Shown: one piece after another, positions 1 to 12,483 of the stretch
How positions within the stretch are numbered: position 1 is the stretch's first letter
Layout: every line of letters begins with the position of its first letter
DNA from: the human T2T-CHM13v2.0 reference genome, Homo sapiens
Direction: 5' to 3' (one strand)
Assembly: GCF_009914755.1 (NCBI RefSeq)
Contig: NC_060947.1
DNA length: 64,000 bases
The notes under the pieces: generated by a model
What the model was told of the DNA's origin: nothing
What the model saw: the letters and a program-made list of their open reading frames with translations, nothing else
Databases searched by the model: none
Made by a program: the position numbers and the translations under genes

Positions 1-3000
1 TTCAGCTCACAGAGTGGAACCTGTGTTTTGTTTCATCAGGTTGGAAACACTATTTTTATAGAACCTTCACACAGGCATTTCTGAGCTCATTGAATCCAAT
101 ACTGAAAAACCAATTATCCCTCGATAAAAACTGGAAACAAGCTCTCTGAAAATAATTTGTAATTTCGGGATTCATCTCAAAAATTGGAATCGGTGATTTG
201 ATTAACCAGGTTGGAAAAACTCTCTTTGTAGAATCTGTGAAGGGACTTTACTGAACCCTTTAACCCCTGTAGTGAAAACCAGAATATCAGGTGATTAAAA
301 ACTAGAAACAAGTTATCTGTGAAAATGCTTTATGAGAATTGAGTTTATCTCACAGAATGGATCCTATGTTTTGATTAACCAGGTTGGAATCATTCTCCCT
401 GTAGTATCTATGAAGTGACATTTCTTAGCCTATTCAGACCTATAGTGGAAAAATGAATATCACATGATAAAAACTAGAAACAAGCTATCTGTAAAAATGC
501 TTTGTGATGTGTGGATTCATGTAACAGAATATAACTGAGTTTTGATTCAGATAGCTAAAAAACACTCTTTCTGAAGAATCTATGAAAGGACATTTTGAGC
601 CCACTGTGGACTACAGTGGAAATCAAAATACCTTGCGATAAGACTAGAAACAAGCTATCTGTAAATATGTTATGTGATGTCTGGATTTACCTAACAGAAA
701 ATGAAACTGCGTTTTGATTCACCTGGTTGGAAACACTGTTTTTGCAGATTTTATGAAGGGAAATTTCTGAGCCCATTGAAGCCTATGTTGAAACACTGAA
801 TATCTTTCAGTAAATACAAAAAGCATTCTATCTGTGAAAATGCTTCATGATGTGTTGTTTTACCTCACACAATGGAAGCTGCGTTTTGATTCACCAGGTT
901 GGAAACACTCTTTGTAGAATCTAAGGATGTAAATTTCTTATCCCATTGACACATATAGTGGAAAACAGAATATCTTGCAATAAAAACTAGAAGCTGTCTG
1001 TGAAAATGCTTTGTTATGTGTGGATTCATCTTACAGAATGGAACCTGTGTTTTAATTCACCAGGTTGATACCAGTCTTTTTGTAGAATCTACAAAAGGAC
1101 ATTTCTGAGCCCATTGATGTCTATAGTGAGAAACCAAATAATCCATAATAGAAATGAAACTAGCTATCTGTGAAAATTACTTGTGATGTGTGGGTTCATC
1201 TCACAGAATGGAACCTGTGTTTTAATTTACTAGGTTGGAATCACTTTTTGTACAATCTATGAAGAGAAATTTCTCAGCCCATTGAAGCCTATAGTGAAAA
1301 ACAAAATATCACATGTTAAATAATGAAACAAGGTATCTGTGAAAATGCTTCTGGATGAAGGGGTTCATCTCACAGAATAAAACCTGTGTTTTGATTAACC
1401 GGGTTGGAAACACACTTTTTCTAAAATCTACTCAGGGAAATTCCTGAACCCATTGAGGCCTATAGTGGAAAACAGAATATCATGTTATCAGTCCTATAGA
1501 GTTACACCTGTGTTTTGATTCACCAGGTTTTAAACACTGTTTTTGTAGAATCTACGAAGGGACATTTCTTAACCAATTGTAGCCTATAGTGAAAAACTGA
1601 ATATCTCATGATAAAAACTTGAAAGGAGCTGTATGTGAAAATGCTCTGTGATGTGTGGATTCATCTCAGGATGGAACCTGTGTTTTGGTTCACCAGGTTG
1701 GAACACTGTTTTGCAGATTCCAAGAAGAAACCTCCCTGAGCACTTTGAAACCTATAGTGAAAAACCAAATGCCCCATGATAAAAACTACAAACCATGTAT
1801 ATGTGAAAATCCTTTGCGAATTGTGTATTTATTTCACAGAAATTAACTTGTGTTTTGATTCACCAGGTTGGAAACACTCTTTTTGTAGAATCTGCAACAG
1901 GACATTTCTGAGCCCATTCAGGTATAATGTGAAAAACCCAATATCTCATGATAAAACTAGAAAGAAGCTATCTGTCAAAAAGCTTTGTGGCATATGCATT
2001 CCTCTCACAGAATGGAACCTGTGTTTTGATTCAGCATTTTGAAACACTCTCTTTTTAGAATCTATGCAGGAACATTTCTCAGCCCATTGAAGCCTATAAT
2101 GAAAAATTGAATATCCCACAATAAAAACTAAAAAGAAGCTTTCTGTGAAAATGATTTGTGATGTGTGGATTCATCTCATGGAATGGAACCTGTGTTTTGA
2201 TTCAACAGGTAAAAAATGTATTTTTGTAGAATCTCCTTTTTTGCATCCATTTAAACCTATAGTGAACAATTGAATATCCTGTTATAAAAAGTAGAAACAA
2301 GCTATGTGTGAAAATGCTTTGTGATGTGTGGATGCAGCTCATATAATGGAACTTTTGTTTTATACACCAGGTTGGAAAACTCTTTTTGTAGAATCCACGT
2401 GAAAACATTTCTGAGCCCATCAAAGCCTATTGTGAAAAATCTAATAAAACCCGATAAAAACCAAAAACAAGGTATCTGTGAAAATTCTTTGTGATGTGTA
2501 GATTCAACTCACAGAATGGAACCTGTATTTGGATTCACCAGGTTGCAAACAGGCTTTTTGTAGAATCTACGAAGGTACATTTCTGAATCCATTGATTCCT
2601 GTAATGAAAAACGAAGTGTCCCATGATTAAAAACCAGTTACAAGCTATCTGCAAAAACGCTTTGAGATGTGTGGATTCATAGCACAGAATGGAACCTGTT
2701 CTTTGATTTACTACTTTGTAATCACTCTTTTTGTAGAATCTATGAAAGGTCATTTTGAGCCCATTGAGAAACGTAGTGAGAAATGGAAAATGCCACAATA
2801 TAAACTATAAACAAGGTATATGTGAAAATGCTTTATGATATGTGGATTCATCTCACAGAGTTAACTTGTGTTTTTATTCACCAGGTTGGAAATACTCTTT
2901 TTGTAGAAACTATGAAAGGACATTTCTGAGCCCATGGATGCCTATAGTGATAAACAAAATATCCCACGATATAAAGTATAAAGACACTATAAATGAAAAT

Positions 3001-6000
3001 GATTTATGATGTGTGGATTCACCTCACAGAGATGAACATGTGTTTTCATTCACGAGGTGGAAAACCCTGTCTTTGTAAAATCTACACAGAAATCTTTATG
3101 CGCCATGAAAAACCGAATATACCATGATAAAAACTAGAGAGAGGTATCTGCAAAAATGCTTTGTGATGTGTGCATTCACCTCACAGAAAGGAACCTGTGT
3201 TTGGATTCACCAGGTTGGGAACACTGTTATTGTAGAACCTACAAAGGGACATTTCCTGGCTTTATGAAGCCTGTTTCTATTGTGGGATATTTGATTTTTC
3301 ACTGTGAAATACAAAATATACCACTATAAAGACTAGAAATAAACTATCTGTTAAAATGATTTGTGATGTGTGGATTCATCTCAAAGAATGACAGCTGTAT
3401 TTTGATTGACCATGTTGGAATCACTCCTTTTGTAGAACCTATAAAAAGTTTTTTTCTGAGCCCATTGAGGAATGCAGTTAAAAACCGATCATACCACCAA
3501 AAAAACTAGAAAGCAGCTACCTGTGAAAATGCTTTGGATGTGTCTATTCATCTCACAGAATGGAACCTGTGTTTTGATTCACCAGGTTGGAAACACTTTT
3601 TTTGTAGAATTACCAAAGGGACATTTCTGAGCCCATTAAGGTTTGTATTGAGAAACCAAGTGTCCTGCAATAAAATCTAGAAACCTGTTCCATGTGAAAA
3701 GGCTTTGTGATATGTGAATTCATCTCACAGAGTTAAACCTGTGTTTTGATTCACCATGTTGAAAACACTCTTTTTGTCCAATCTACAAAGTGACATATCT
3801 AAGCCCATTTAAGCCTTTGGTGAAAAATGGAACACTCCACATGAAAAACTAGATGCAAACTACACGTGAAAATGTTTTGTGATGTGTGGATTCACCTGAC
3901 ATAGTTAAATATGTGTTTTCATTCACCAGGTTGTAAACAGTCTTTTTGTAGAATCTGAGCCCTTTGAGAACCATAAGACGAAATTGAATGTCTGCTGATA
4001 TCAACTAGAAACAAGACATCTGTGAAAATGCATTGTGATGTGTGGATTTATCTCACAGAGTGGAACCTGCATTTTGATTCACCACGTTGGAAACAGTCTT
4101 TGTAGAATTTAGAAAGGGATATTTCTGAACCCATTGAAGCCTAGAGTGAAAAACCAAACAAGCAAACTGTTAAAATGCTTTGTGATGTATGTATTCATCT
4201 CACAGAATGGAACCTACGTCTTGATACACCAGGTTGGAAACCCACTTTGGTAGAATCTACAAAGGGTCTTTTCTGAGCCCACTGAGGATGGTAGTGAAAA
4301 AGCAAATATACCACGATGAAAAGTGCAAAGAAATTTTCTGTGAAAATGCTTTAAATATGTGGATACATCTCGCAGAATGCAATGTGTGTTTTGATTCACC
4401 AGGTTGAAAACTCTCTTTTTGTAGAATCTAGGAAAGGACATTTTTGAGCTCATGTGGCCCATAAGATGAAATTGAATACCTCTGATAACAACTAGAAACA
4501 AGCTATATGTGAAAATCGTTTGTGATGTATGGATTCATCTCACAGCAAGGAACCTCTGTTTTGATTCATCAGGTTGGAAACACTTTTTTTGTAGAAATTA
4601 TGAAGGGATATTTCTGAGCCCATTGAGAAAGGTAGTGAAAAACTGAATATCCAGCAACAAAAACTAGAAACAAGCTCTCTGTGAAAATGCGTTGTGATAT
4701 GTGGATTCGTCTCACAGAGTTAAAAATACATTTTCATTCACCAGCTGGAAACAGCCTTTCTGTAGAATCTATGAAGGGACATTTCTGAGCCCATTGAAGC
4801 CTATAGTGAAAAACATATTATCCCATGATAAAACTAGAATCAAGCTATATGTGAAAATGCTTTGTAATATGTGGATTCATCTCACAGTGATAAACTTGTG
4901 TCTTCATCCACAAGGTGGAAACACTCTTTTTGTAGAACCTACATAAGGACATTTCTGAGCCCACTGAAGTCTATAGTGAAAAATGTACATGCAGTGATAA
5001 AAAGTAGACACAACCTATCTGTGAAAATGATTTCTAATGTGTTGATATATCTCAGAGAAAGAAACCTGTTTTTTGATTCATCAGGTTGTAAAAACTATTT
5101 TATAGAATCTACAAAGGGACATTTCTGAGTTCATTGAGGATATAGTAATAAACCGAATATCTTGCAATAACTCTAGAAACAAGCTATCTGTGACAACTCA
5201 TTGTGATGTGTGGATTCGTATCACAGAGTTAAACCTGTGTTTTGATTCACCAGATTTGAAACACTTATTTTGTAAACTTTACGAAGGGTATTCTGAGCCC
5301 ATTGAAGCTCACAGTGAAAAACCAAATATCCCACTATAAAAAAACAAGAAACAAGTTGTCTGTGAAAATGCTTCATGATGTGTGGATTGATCTGATAGAA
5401 AAAAACCTGTGTTTCAATGGACTAGTTTGGAAACTTTTTTAATACAATCTACCTAGTGACATTTCTGATTACATTGAAGCCTACAGTAAAAAAACAAATA
5501 TCCCATGATAAAAACTAGAAATAAGCCATCTGTAAAATGCTTTGTGATGTGTGGAATCATCTCTCAGAATGGAACCTGTGTTTTGATACAGCAGGTTGGA
5601 AGCACTATTTTTGTAAAATCTATGAAGGGATGTTTCTGAGCCCACTGAAGCCTGTAGTGAAAAACTGAACATACAGCAGTAAAAACTATAAACAAACTAT
5701 TTGTGAAAATGCTTGGTGAAGTGTGGATTGATCTCACAGGACAGATCCTGTGTTTGGATCACGTTTTTTTTGTTTTGTTTTTTTTTTTTTTGTAGAATCA
5801 ACAAAGAGACATTTCTGAGCCTTTTGCAGCCTATACTGAAAAACAAAACATCCCACAATAAAAATTAGGTACAAGCTATCAGTTTAAATGTTTGGTGATG
5901 TGGGGATTCATCTCACAGAATGTAACCTGTGCTTGAATTCACCAGGTGGGAAACACTCTTTTTGTAGAATCTATGAAGGGACATTACTGATCCCATTGAG

Positions 6001-9000
6001 GCCTGCACTGAAACACAGACTATCTGGTGATAAAATCCAGAAACAAGCTATCTGTGGAAATGTGGAAATGTTTTGTAATGTGTGGATTTATCTAACAGAG
6101 TTGAACCTGAGTTTTGACCCACCGGGATGGCAACATTCTTTTTGTAGAATCTACAATGAGACATTTCTGATTCCATTGACGACTGTGGTGAAAGACTGAA
6201 TATTTTGCAATAAAAAATAGAAACAAGGTGTCTGTGAAAATGCTTTGGGGTGTGTGGATTCATCTCACAGAACGCAACCTGTGTTTTAATTCATCAGGTT
6301 GGAAACACTCTTTTTGTAGAATCCATGAATCGACAATTCTGTGTCTACGGTGGCCAATAGTGAAAACTTGACTATTACGTGATTAAAAACTAGAAACAAG
6401 ATGTATGTTAAAATACTTTGTGATGTATGGATTCAACAAACAGAGTTTAACCTCTGTTTTGACTCAGCATGTTGGAAACACTCTTTTTGTAGAATCAACA
6501 AAGGGATATTTCTGATCCCATGGATGCCTATAGTGAAAACCAGAATATCCCATGATAAAAACTAAAAACAAGCTATCTGTGAAAATGCTTTGTGATGTGT
6601 GGATTCATCTCATGTAATGGAACATGTGTTTTGATTCCCCCAGATTGGAAATGCTTGTATTGCAGAATCAATGAAAGAACATTTCTGAGCCCATAGAAGT
6701 CTATAGTGAAAAACTGAATATTCTGAGATAAAATCTAGAAAAAAGCTATCAGTAAAAATGCTTTCTGATGTGTGGATTCATCTCACAGAATGGAAAATGT
6801 GTTTTGATTCAGCAGGTTGGAAAAGCTTTTTTTAGAACCTATGAAGAAACAAATCTGAGCTTATTTAGGCCTATAGTGGAAAATAGAACATCCCTTGATA
6901 AAAACTAGAAACAAGCTGTCAGTGAAAATGCTTTGTGAAGTGTGGATTCGTCTAACAGAAAGAAACCTGTGTTTTAATTTACCAGGTTGGAAGCACTTTT
7001 TTTTGGTAGAATCTATGAACAGACATTTCTTAGCCTGTTTGATGCTATAGTGAAAAACCGAATATCCTGTGTTAAAAACTGGACACAAGCTATTGGATAA
7101 AATGCTGTGTGACGTGTGGATTCATCTCACAAAATCGAACCTGTGTTTTGATTCAGCAGATTAGAAACACTCTTTATGTAAAATCTACAAATGGACATTT
7201 CTGTGGTTATTGACACCTGTAGTAAAAAAAATGGTATATCCTGTGAAACAAACTAGAAACAAGCTCTCTGTGAGAATCCTTTGAGATGTGTTGGTTATTC
7301 TCACAAAATGAAACATGTGTTTTAGTTCAGATTGGAAAGCCTTTTTTAAAGAATCTACAAATGAACATTTCTGAGCCCTCTGATGCCTGTACTGAGAAAC
7401 TGAATATACCATGATAAAACCTAGAAACAAGCTATCTGTGAAAATGCATTGTGATGGGTCGATTCATCTAATAGAATGGAACCTGTGTTCTTTTACCAGA
7501 TTGGGTACACTCTCTTTTTTAGAATACACAAAAGAACATTTCTTAGCCCATAGAGGGCTCTAGTGAATAACAAAATATTTGCAATAAAAACTGGAAATGA
7601 GCTACCTGCGAAAATTATTTGTGATGTGTGAATTCACCTCCCAGGATGAAACCTGCATTTTAAAATACCAGTTTGGAAACACTCTTTTTGTGGAATCTAC
7701 AAATAAAATATTTCTAAACCCATCGAGGCCTATAGTGGAAAATGGAGTATCCCATGATGAAAATTAGAAACAAGCTATCTGTTAAAATGCTTTGTGATGT
7801 GTGGATTCATCTCACAGAATGGAACCTGTGTTTCGATTCTGCAGGTTAGAAACAGTCTTTTTGTAGAATCTATGAACAAACATTCCCGAGTCCATTGATC
7901 TCTGGAGTGGAAAACAGAATATTTCCTGAGGAAAACTAGAAATAAGCTATTTGTGAAAATCCTTTGTGATGTGTGGTTTCAATTCACAAAATGAAACCTG
8001 TGTTTTGATTCCCCAGGTTAAAAACACTTTTTTAAAGAATCTATGAAGAGATGTTTCTGAGCCCATTGACATCTACAGTGAAAAACTGAATATCCTGCGA
8101 TAAAAGCTAGAAACAAGGTATCTGTGAAAATGCTTTCTGATGTGTGGGTTCATCTCACAGAATGGAACCTGTGTTTGATTCACCAGGTTGGAAACACTCC
8201 TTTTGTAAAATCTATGAAGGAACATTTCGGAGCCCACTGAGGCCTATAGTGAAAAACAGAATAACTTGAATAGCTGCTAGAAGCAAGCTATCCATAAAAA
8301 TACATTGTAATGTGTGGATTCTTCTCACAGTATACACCCTGTGTTTTTATTCGCCAGGTTAGAAACACTCTTTTTGCAGAATCTAAGAAGGGACATTCCT
8401 GAGCCCATTGATATCTATTAAAAACAGAATATCCCACAATAAAACCTAAAAACAAGCTATCTATGAAAATACATTGTGATGCATGGATTCATCTAACAGA
8501 ATGGAACAAGTGTTACAATTCACCAGTTTGAAAACACTCTTTTTGTAGAATTCATGAAAAAACATTTCTGAGCCCATTTAGAACTATAGTGAAAAACCAA
8601 ATATCCCATGACAAAAGATCTGTATACAAGCTATCTGTAAAAATGCTTTGTGATGTGTGGATACATCTGAAAAAATGGAACTTGTGTTTTGATTCCTTGG
8701 GTTGTAAACCCTCTTTTTGTAGAATCTCCTAACGGATATTTTTGAGCCCATTGAAGCCTATGGTGAAAAACAGAATATACCACGATAAATACTAGAAACA
8801 AGCAAGTGCCTTTGGATTTGTATGTTCATCTCACAGAATGGACACTGGGTTTTGATTTAGCAGGCTAGACATACTCTCTTTGTAGAATCTGCAAATGGAC
8901 ATTTCTGAGTACTTTGGTGCCTATAGTGGAAAACAAAATATCCCACAATAAAAACTAGAAACAAGCTATCTGTGAAGATCCTTTGGGACGTGTGCATTCA

Positions 9001-12000
9001 TCTCACAAAATGTTACCTGTGTTTTGATTCCATAGGTTGAAAACACTTTTTTTTGGAATTTACAAAAGAACATTTCTGAGCTTATTCACACATATAGTGA
9101 TTATCCCAAATATCCTGCAATAGAAACTAAAAATAAACTATCTGTGAAAATGCTTTGTGATGTTTTGATTTATATCAAACAATGGAACCTGTCTTGATTC
9201 ACCAAGTTGGAAACACTATTTTTTTTGAATCTACTAACGGATATTTCTGAGCCCACTGATGCCTATATTGAGAAACTGAATATCCCAGGATAAAAACTAG
9301 ATTCCAGGTATCTGTAAAAATGCTTTGTGATGTATGGATTCATCTCACAAAATGGAACTTGTATTTTTATTCAGCAGGTTAGAAACACTACTTTCCTACA
9401 ATCTACAAAGAAACATTTCTGAACCCATTGACCCCTAGAGTGGAAAACCAAATACTGAGTGAGAAAAACTAGAAACAATCTATCTGGGAAAATCCATTGT
9501 GATGCATAGTTTCATCTCACAAAATGTAACCTGTGTTTTGTTTCACCAGGTTGGAAACACTTTTCTCTTAGACTGTACAAATGGACATTTATGAGCCCAT
9601 TAACGCTTATATTGAGAAACCAAATTTCCCATGACTATAACTATAAAAAGATATCTGTGAAAATTATTTGTAATGTGAGGGTTCATCTCAAAGAATGGCA
9701 CCTGCGTTTTCATTCACTAGGTTGGAAATACTCTTTTTGCAAAATCTACAAAGGGAAATTTCTGAGCCCACTGGCGCCTATAGTGAAAAACAGAATATCT
9801 TGAATAGCTACGAGAAAAAAGCTATCTGTGAAAATGCTTTGTAACGTGTAGATTCATGTCACAGTATGGAACCTGTGTTTTGATTCAACAGGTTGGAAAC
9901 ACTTTTTGTAGAATCTATGAAGAGATACTTCTGAGCCCATTCAGGTCTCTAGTGAAAAACGGAATACATCACTATGTAAACTAAAAACAAACTATCTGTG
10001 AAAATGCTTTGTGATGTGTGGATTTATCTAACAGAATGGAACCTGTGTTTCAATTCATCCATTCGCAAACACTATTTTTGTAGAATTCACAAAACAGTAT
10101 TTGTGAGCCTATTGAGGGCTGTAGTGAACAATCAAATATCCACTATCAATATGAAAAACAAGCTACTTGTGAAAAAGCTTTGTAGTGCATGGATTCATCT
10201 CACAGTATAGAACCTGTGTTTTGATTCAACAGGTTAAAAATGTTCTTTTTGTAAAATACAGAAAAGTACCTTTCTGAACCCATTGTGGGCTATAGTAAAA
10301 AAAAAAACAATATCCACTATAAAAAGTAGAAACAAGCTACCTGTGAAAATGCTTTGTTATGTGTGAATTCATATATTCAAATATTCCAGGATAAATACTA
10401 GAAACAAGCTGTCTGTGAAAATGATTTTTCATAAGCAGGTTCATCTCACAGAATGGAACCTGTGTTTTGATTGACCACGTTGGAAATACTCTTCTTGTAG
10501 AATCTACCAAAGGACATTTCTGAGCCCCTTGATACCTATAGTGAAAACTGAATATCCCTCAATAAATACTAGAAACAACATATCTGTGAAAATGCTTTGT
10601 AACATGTGGATTCATCTCCCAATATGTAACCTGGGTTATGATTCACCCGTTTGGAAACTCTTTTTTTGGAATCTATGAATGGAGACTTATGAGCCCATTG
10701 AGGACTATAATAAAAAACCGAATATCCCTCAACAAAAACAAGAAACCAGCTATCTGTGAAAATCCTTTGTGATGCGTGGATTAATCTCAAAGGAGGCAAC
10801 CTGTGTTTTGATTCAGCAGGATGAAAACACTCTTTTTTTTAGAATATACGAACAGAAATTTCTGAGTCAATTTATCCCTATTTTAAAAAACCAAATATGC
10901 TGCAATAAAAACTAGAAATGCTAGTGTGAAAATGCTTTGTGCTGTGTATATTCATCTCATAGAATAAAACCTGTGTTTTGATTCAGCAGGTTAGAAGTAG
11001 TATTTTTGTAGAATCTATGGACAGACATTTCTGAGCCCACTGATGCCTATGGGGGAAAACCGGATATCCTGCAATAAAAACTAGAAACAAGCCATCTGAG
11101 AAAATCCATTGTGATGTGTGGGTTCATCTCACAAAATGGAACCTGTATTTTGATTCACCAGGTTGGAGACAATTTTTTTTTAAGAATCTACAAAGGGACA
11201 TTTTTAAGCCCTTTGACAACTATAGTGAGAAATGGAATATCTCATGATAAAAACTGGGAACAAGCTATCTGTGTAAAGCCATGCTTTTGTGATGTGTGGA
11301 TTCATCTCATAGATTAAAATCTGTGTTCTGATTCACCAAGTTGGAAACACTATCTTTGTGGAATCTATGAAGGGAGATTTCTGAACCCATTGAGACCTAA
11401 GTGCAAAACCAAATATCCTGCCTTAAAAAAAATTGAAATAAGCTAACTGTGAAAATGCTTTGAGATGTGTTGGATCATCTCACAGAATGAAGCCTGCATT
11501 TTGACTCACTAGGTTGGAAATGTTCTTTTTGTAAAACCTAAAAGGGGACATTTCTGATCCCATTGAGGCTTATAGTGAAAAATTGAATATCAAGTGATAA
11601 AAACTTGAAAAAAAGCTATCTGTGAAAATGGTTTGTGATGGGTGGATTCGTCTTGCAGAATAGAACCTGTGCTTTGATTTAGCAGGTTGGAAACAATGTT
11701 TTTGTAGTAACAGACATTTCTGAGCCCATTGTAACCTATAGTCAAAAACCGAATATTTGGTGGTAAATACTAAAAATAAGCTATCTGTTGAAAAGCTTGG
11801 TGATGTGTGCGTTCGCCTCACAGAATGAAAACTGTGTTTTGATTCACCAGGTTGGATATACTCTTTTTGTATAATCTACAAAGAGAGATTCCTGAGCTTA
11901 TTGGGAACTGTAGTGAGAAACCAAATACTCCGCGAAAAAAAACCTAGAAACATGTTATCTGTGAAAATCCTATGGGATGTGTGCATTTATCTCACAGAAT

Positions 12001-12483
12001 GGAACCGGTGTTTTGATTCAACATATTGAAAACACTCTTTTGTAGAATGTACAAATGGACATTTCTGAGCCCATTGAAGGCTAGAGTGAAAAAATGAATA
12101 CTCTGGAATAAAAACTAGAAACAGGCTGTCTGTGAAAATGCTTTGTAACGTGTGGATTCATCTCACAGAATGGAAACTGTGTTTTGATTCAGCAGGTTAG
12201 AAACACTCTTTTTGTACAATCTACATACTAACAATTTCTGAGCCCATTGATGCCTAATGTGAGAAAAAAGGAATATGCTTTGATAAAAACTAGAAACAAG
12301 GTATATGTGAAAATGCTTTGTGATGCATGGATTGATCTTAGAGAATGCAACCTGTGTTTCGATTCGCCAGTTTGAAAACTTTTTTGTAGGATCTACGAAG
12401 AGACATTTCTGAGCATATTGAAGCCCATAGTGAAAGACCTATATTTAGTGATAAAAATTGGAAACAAACTATTTGTAAAAATG
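1..12483 (+). repeat. Divergent monomeric alpha satellite (ancient 'dead' layer, ~172-bp monomers, A-type, no CENP-B box)
   Basis: Tandem ~170-174 bp period (GG(A/T)TTCA motif at 7803, 7975, 8146, 8316, 8485, 8659). The by-eye consensus GTGTGGATTCATCTCACAGAATGGAACCTGTGTTTTGATTCACCAGGTTGGAAACACTCTTTTTGTAGAATCTACGAAGGGACATTTCTGAGCCCATTGAAGCCTATAGTGAAAAACCGAATATCCCATGATAAAAACTAGAAACAAGCTATCTGTGAAAATGCTTTGTGAT is 172 nt. The box position reads CCTATAGTGAAAAAC (pJalpha/A-type), not TTCGTTGGAAACGGGA. Monomers are highly divergent with many indels. Confidence 0.96.
5764..5791 (+). repeat. T-rich low-complexity expansion inside an alpha monomer
   Basis: A T/G run (TTTTTTTTGTTTTGTTTT...T) replaces the usual CAGGTTGGAAACACTCTTTTT segment. 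Confidence 0.8.

Noticed and set aside
4084-4095. ACGTTGGAAACA resembling a CENP-B box
   Set aside because: It is at the wrong position in the monomer and lacks the required TTCG....A..CGGG core.
1655-11821. Recurrent short ORFs with repeated C/H/W-containing peptides (CDVWIHLTEWNLCFDSPGWKHSFCRIY)
   Set aside because: These are translations of the alpha monomer. They are short, occur in all frames, are broken by indels and stops, and show no gene structure.
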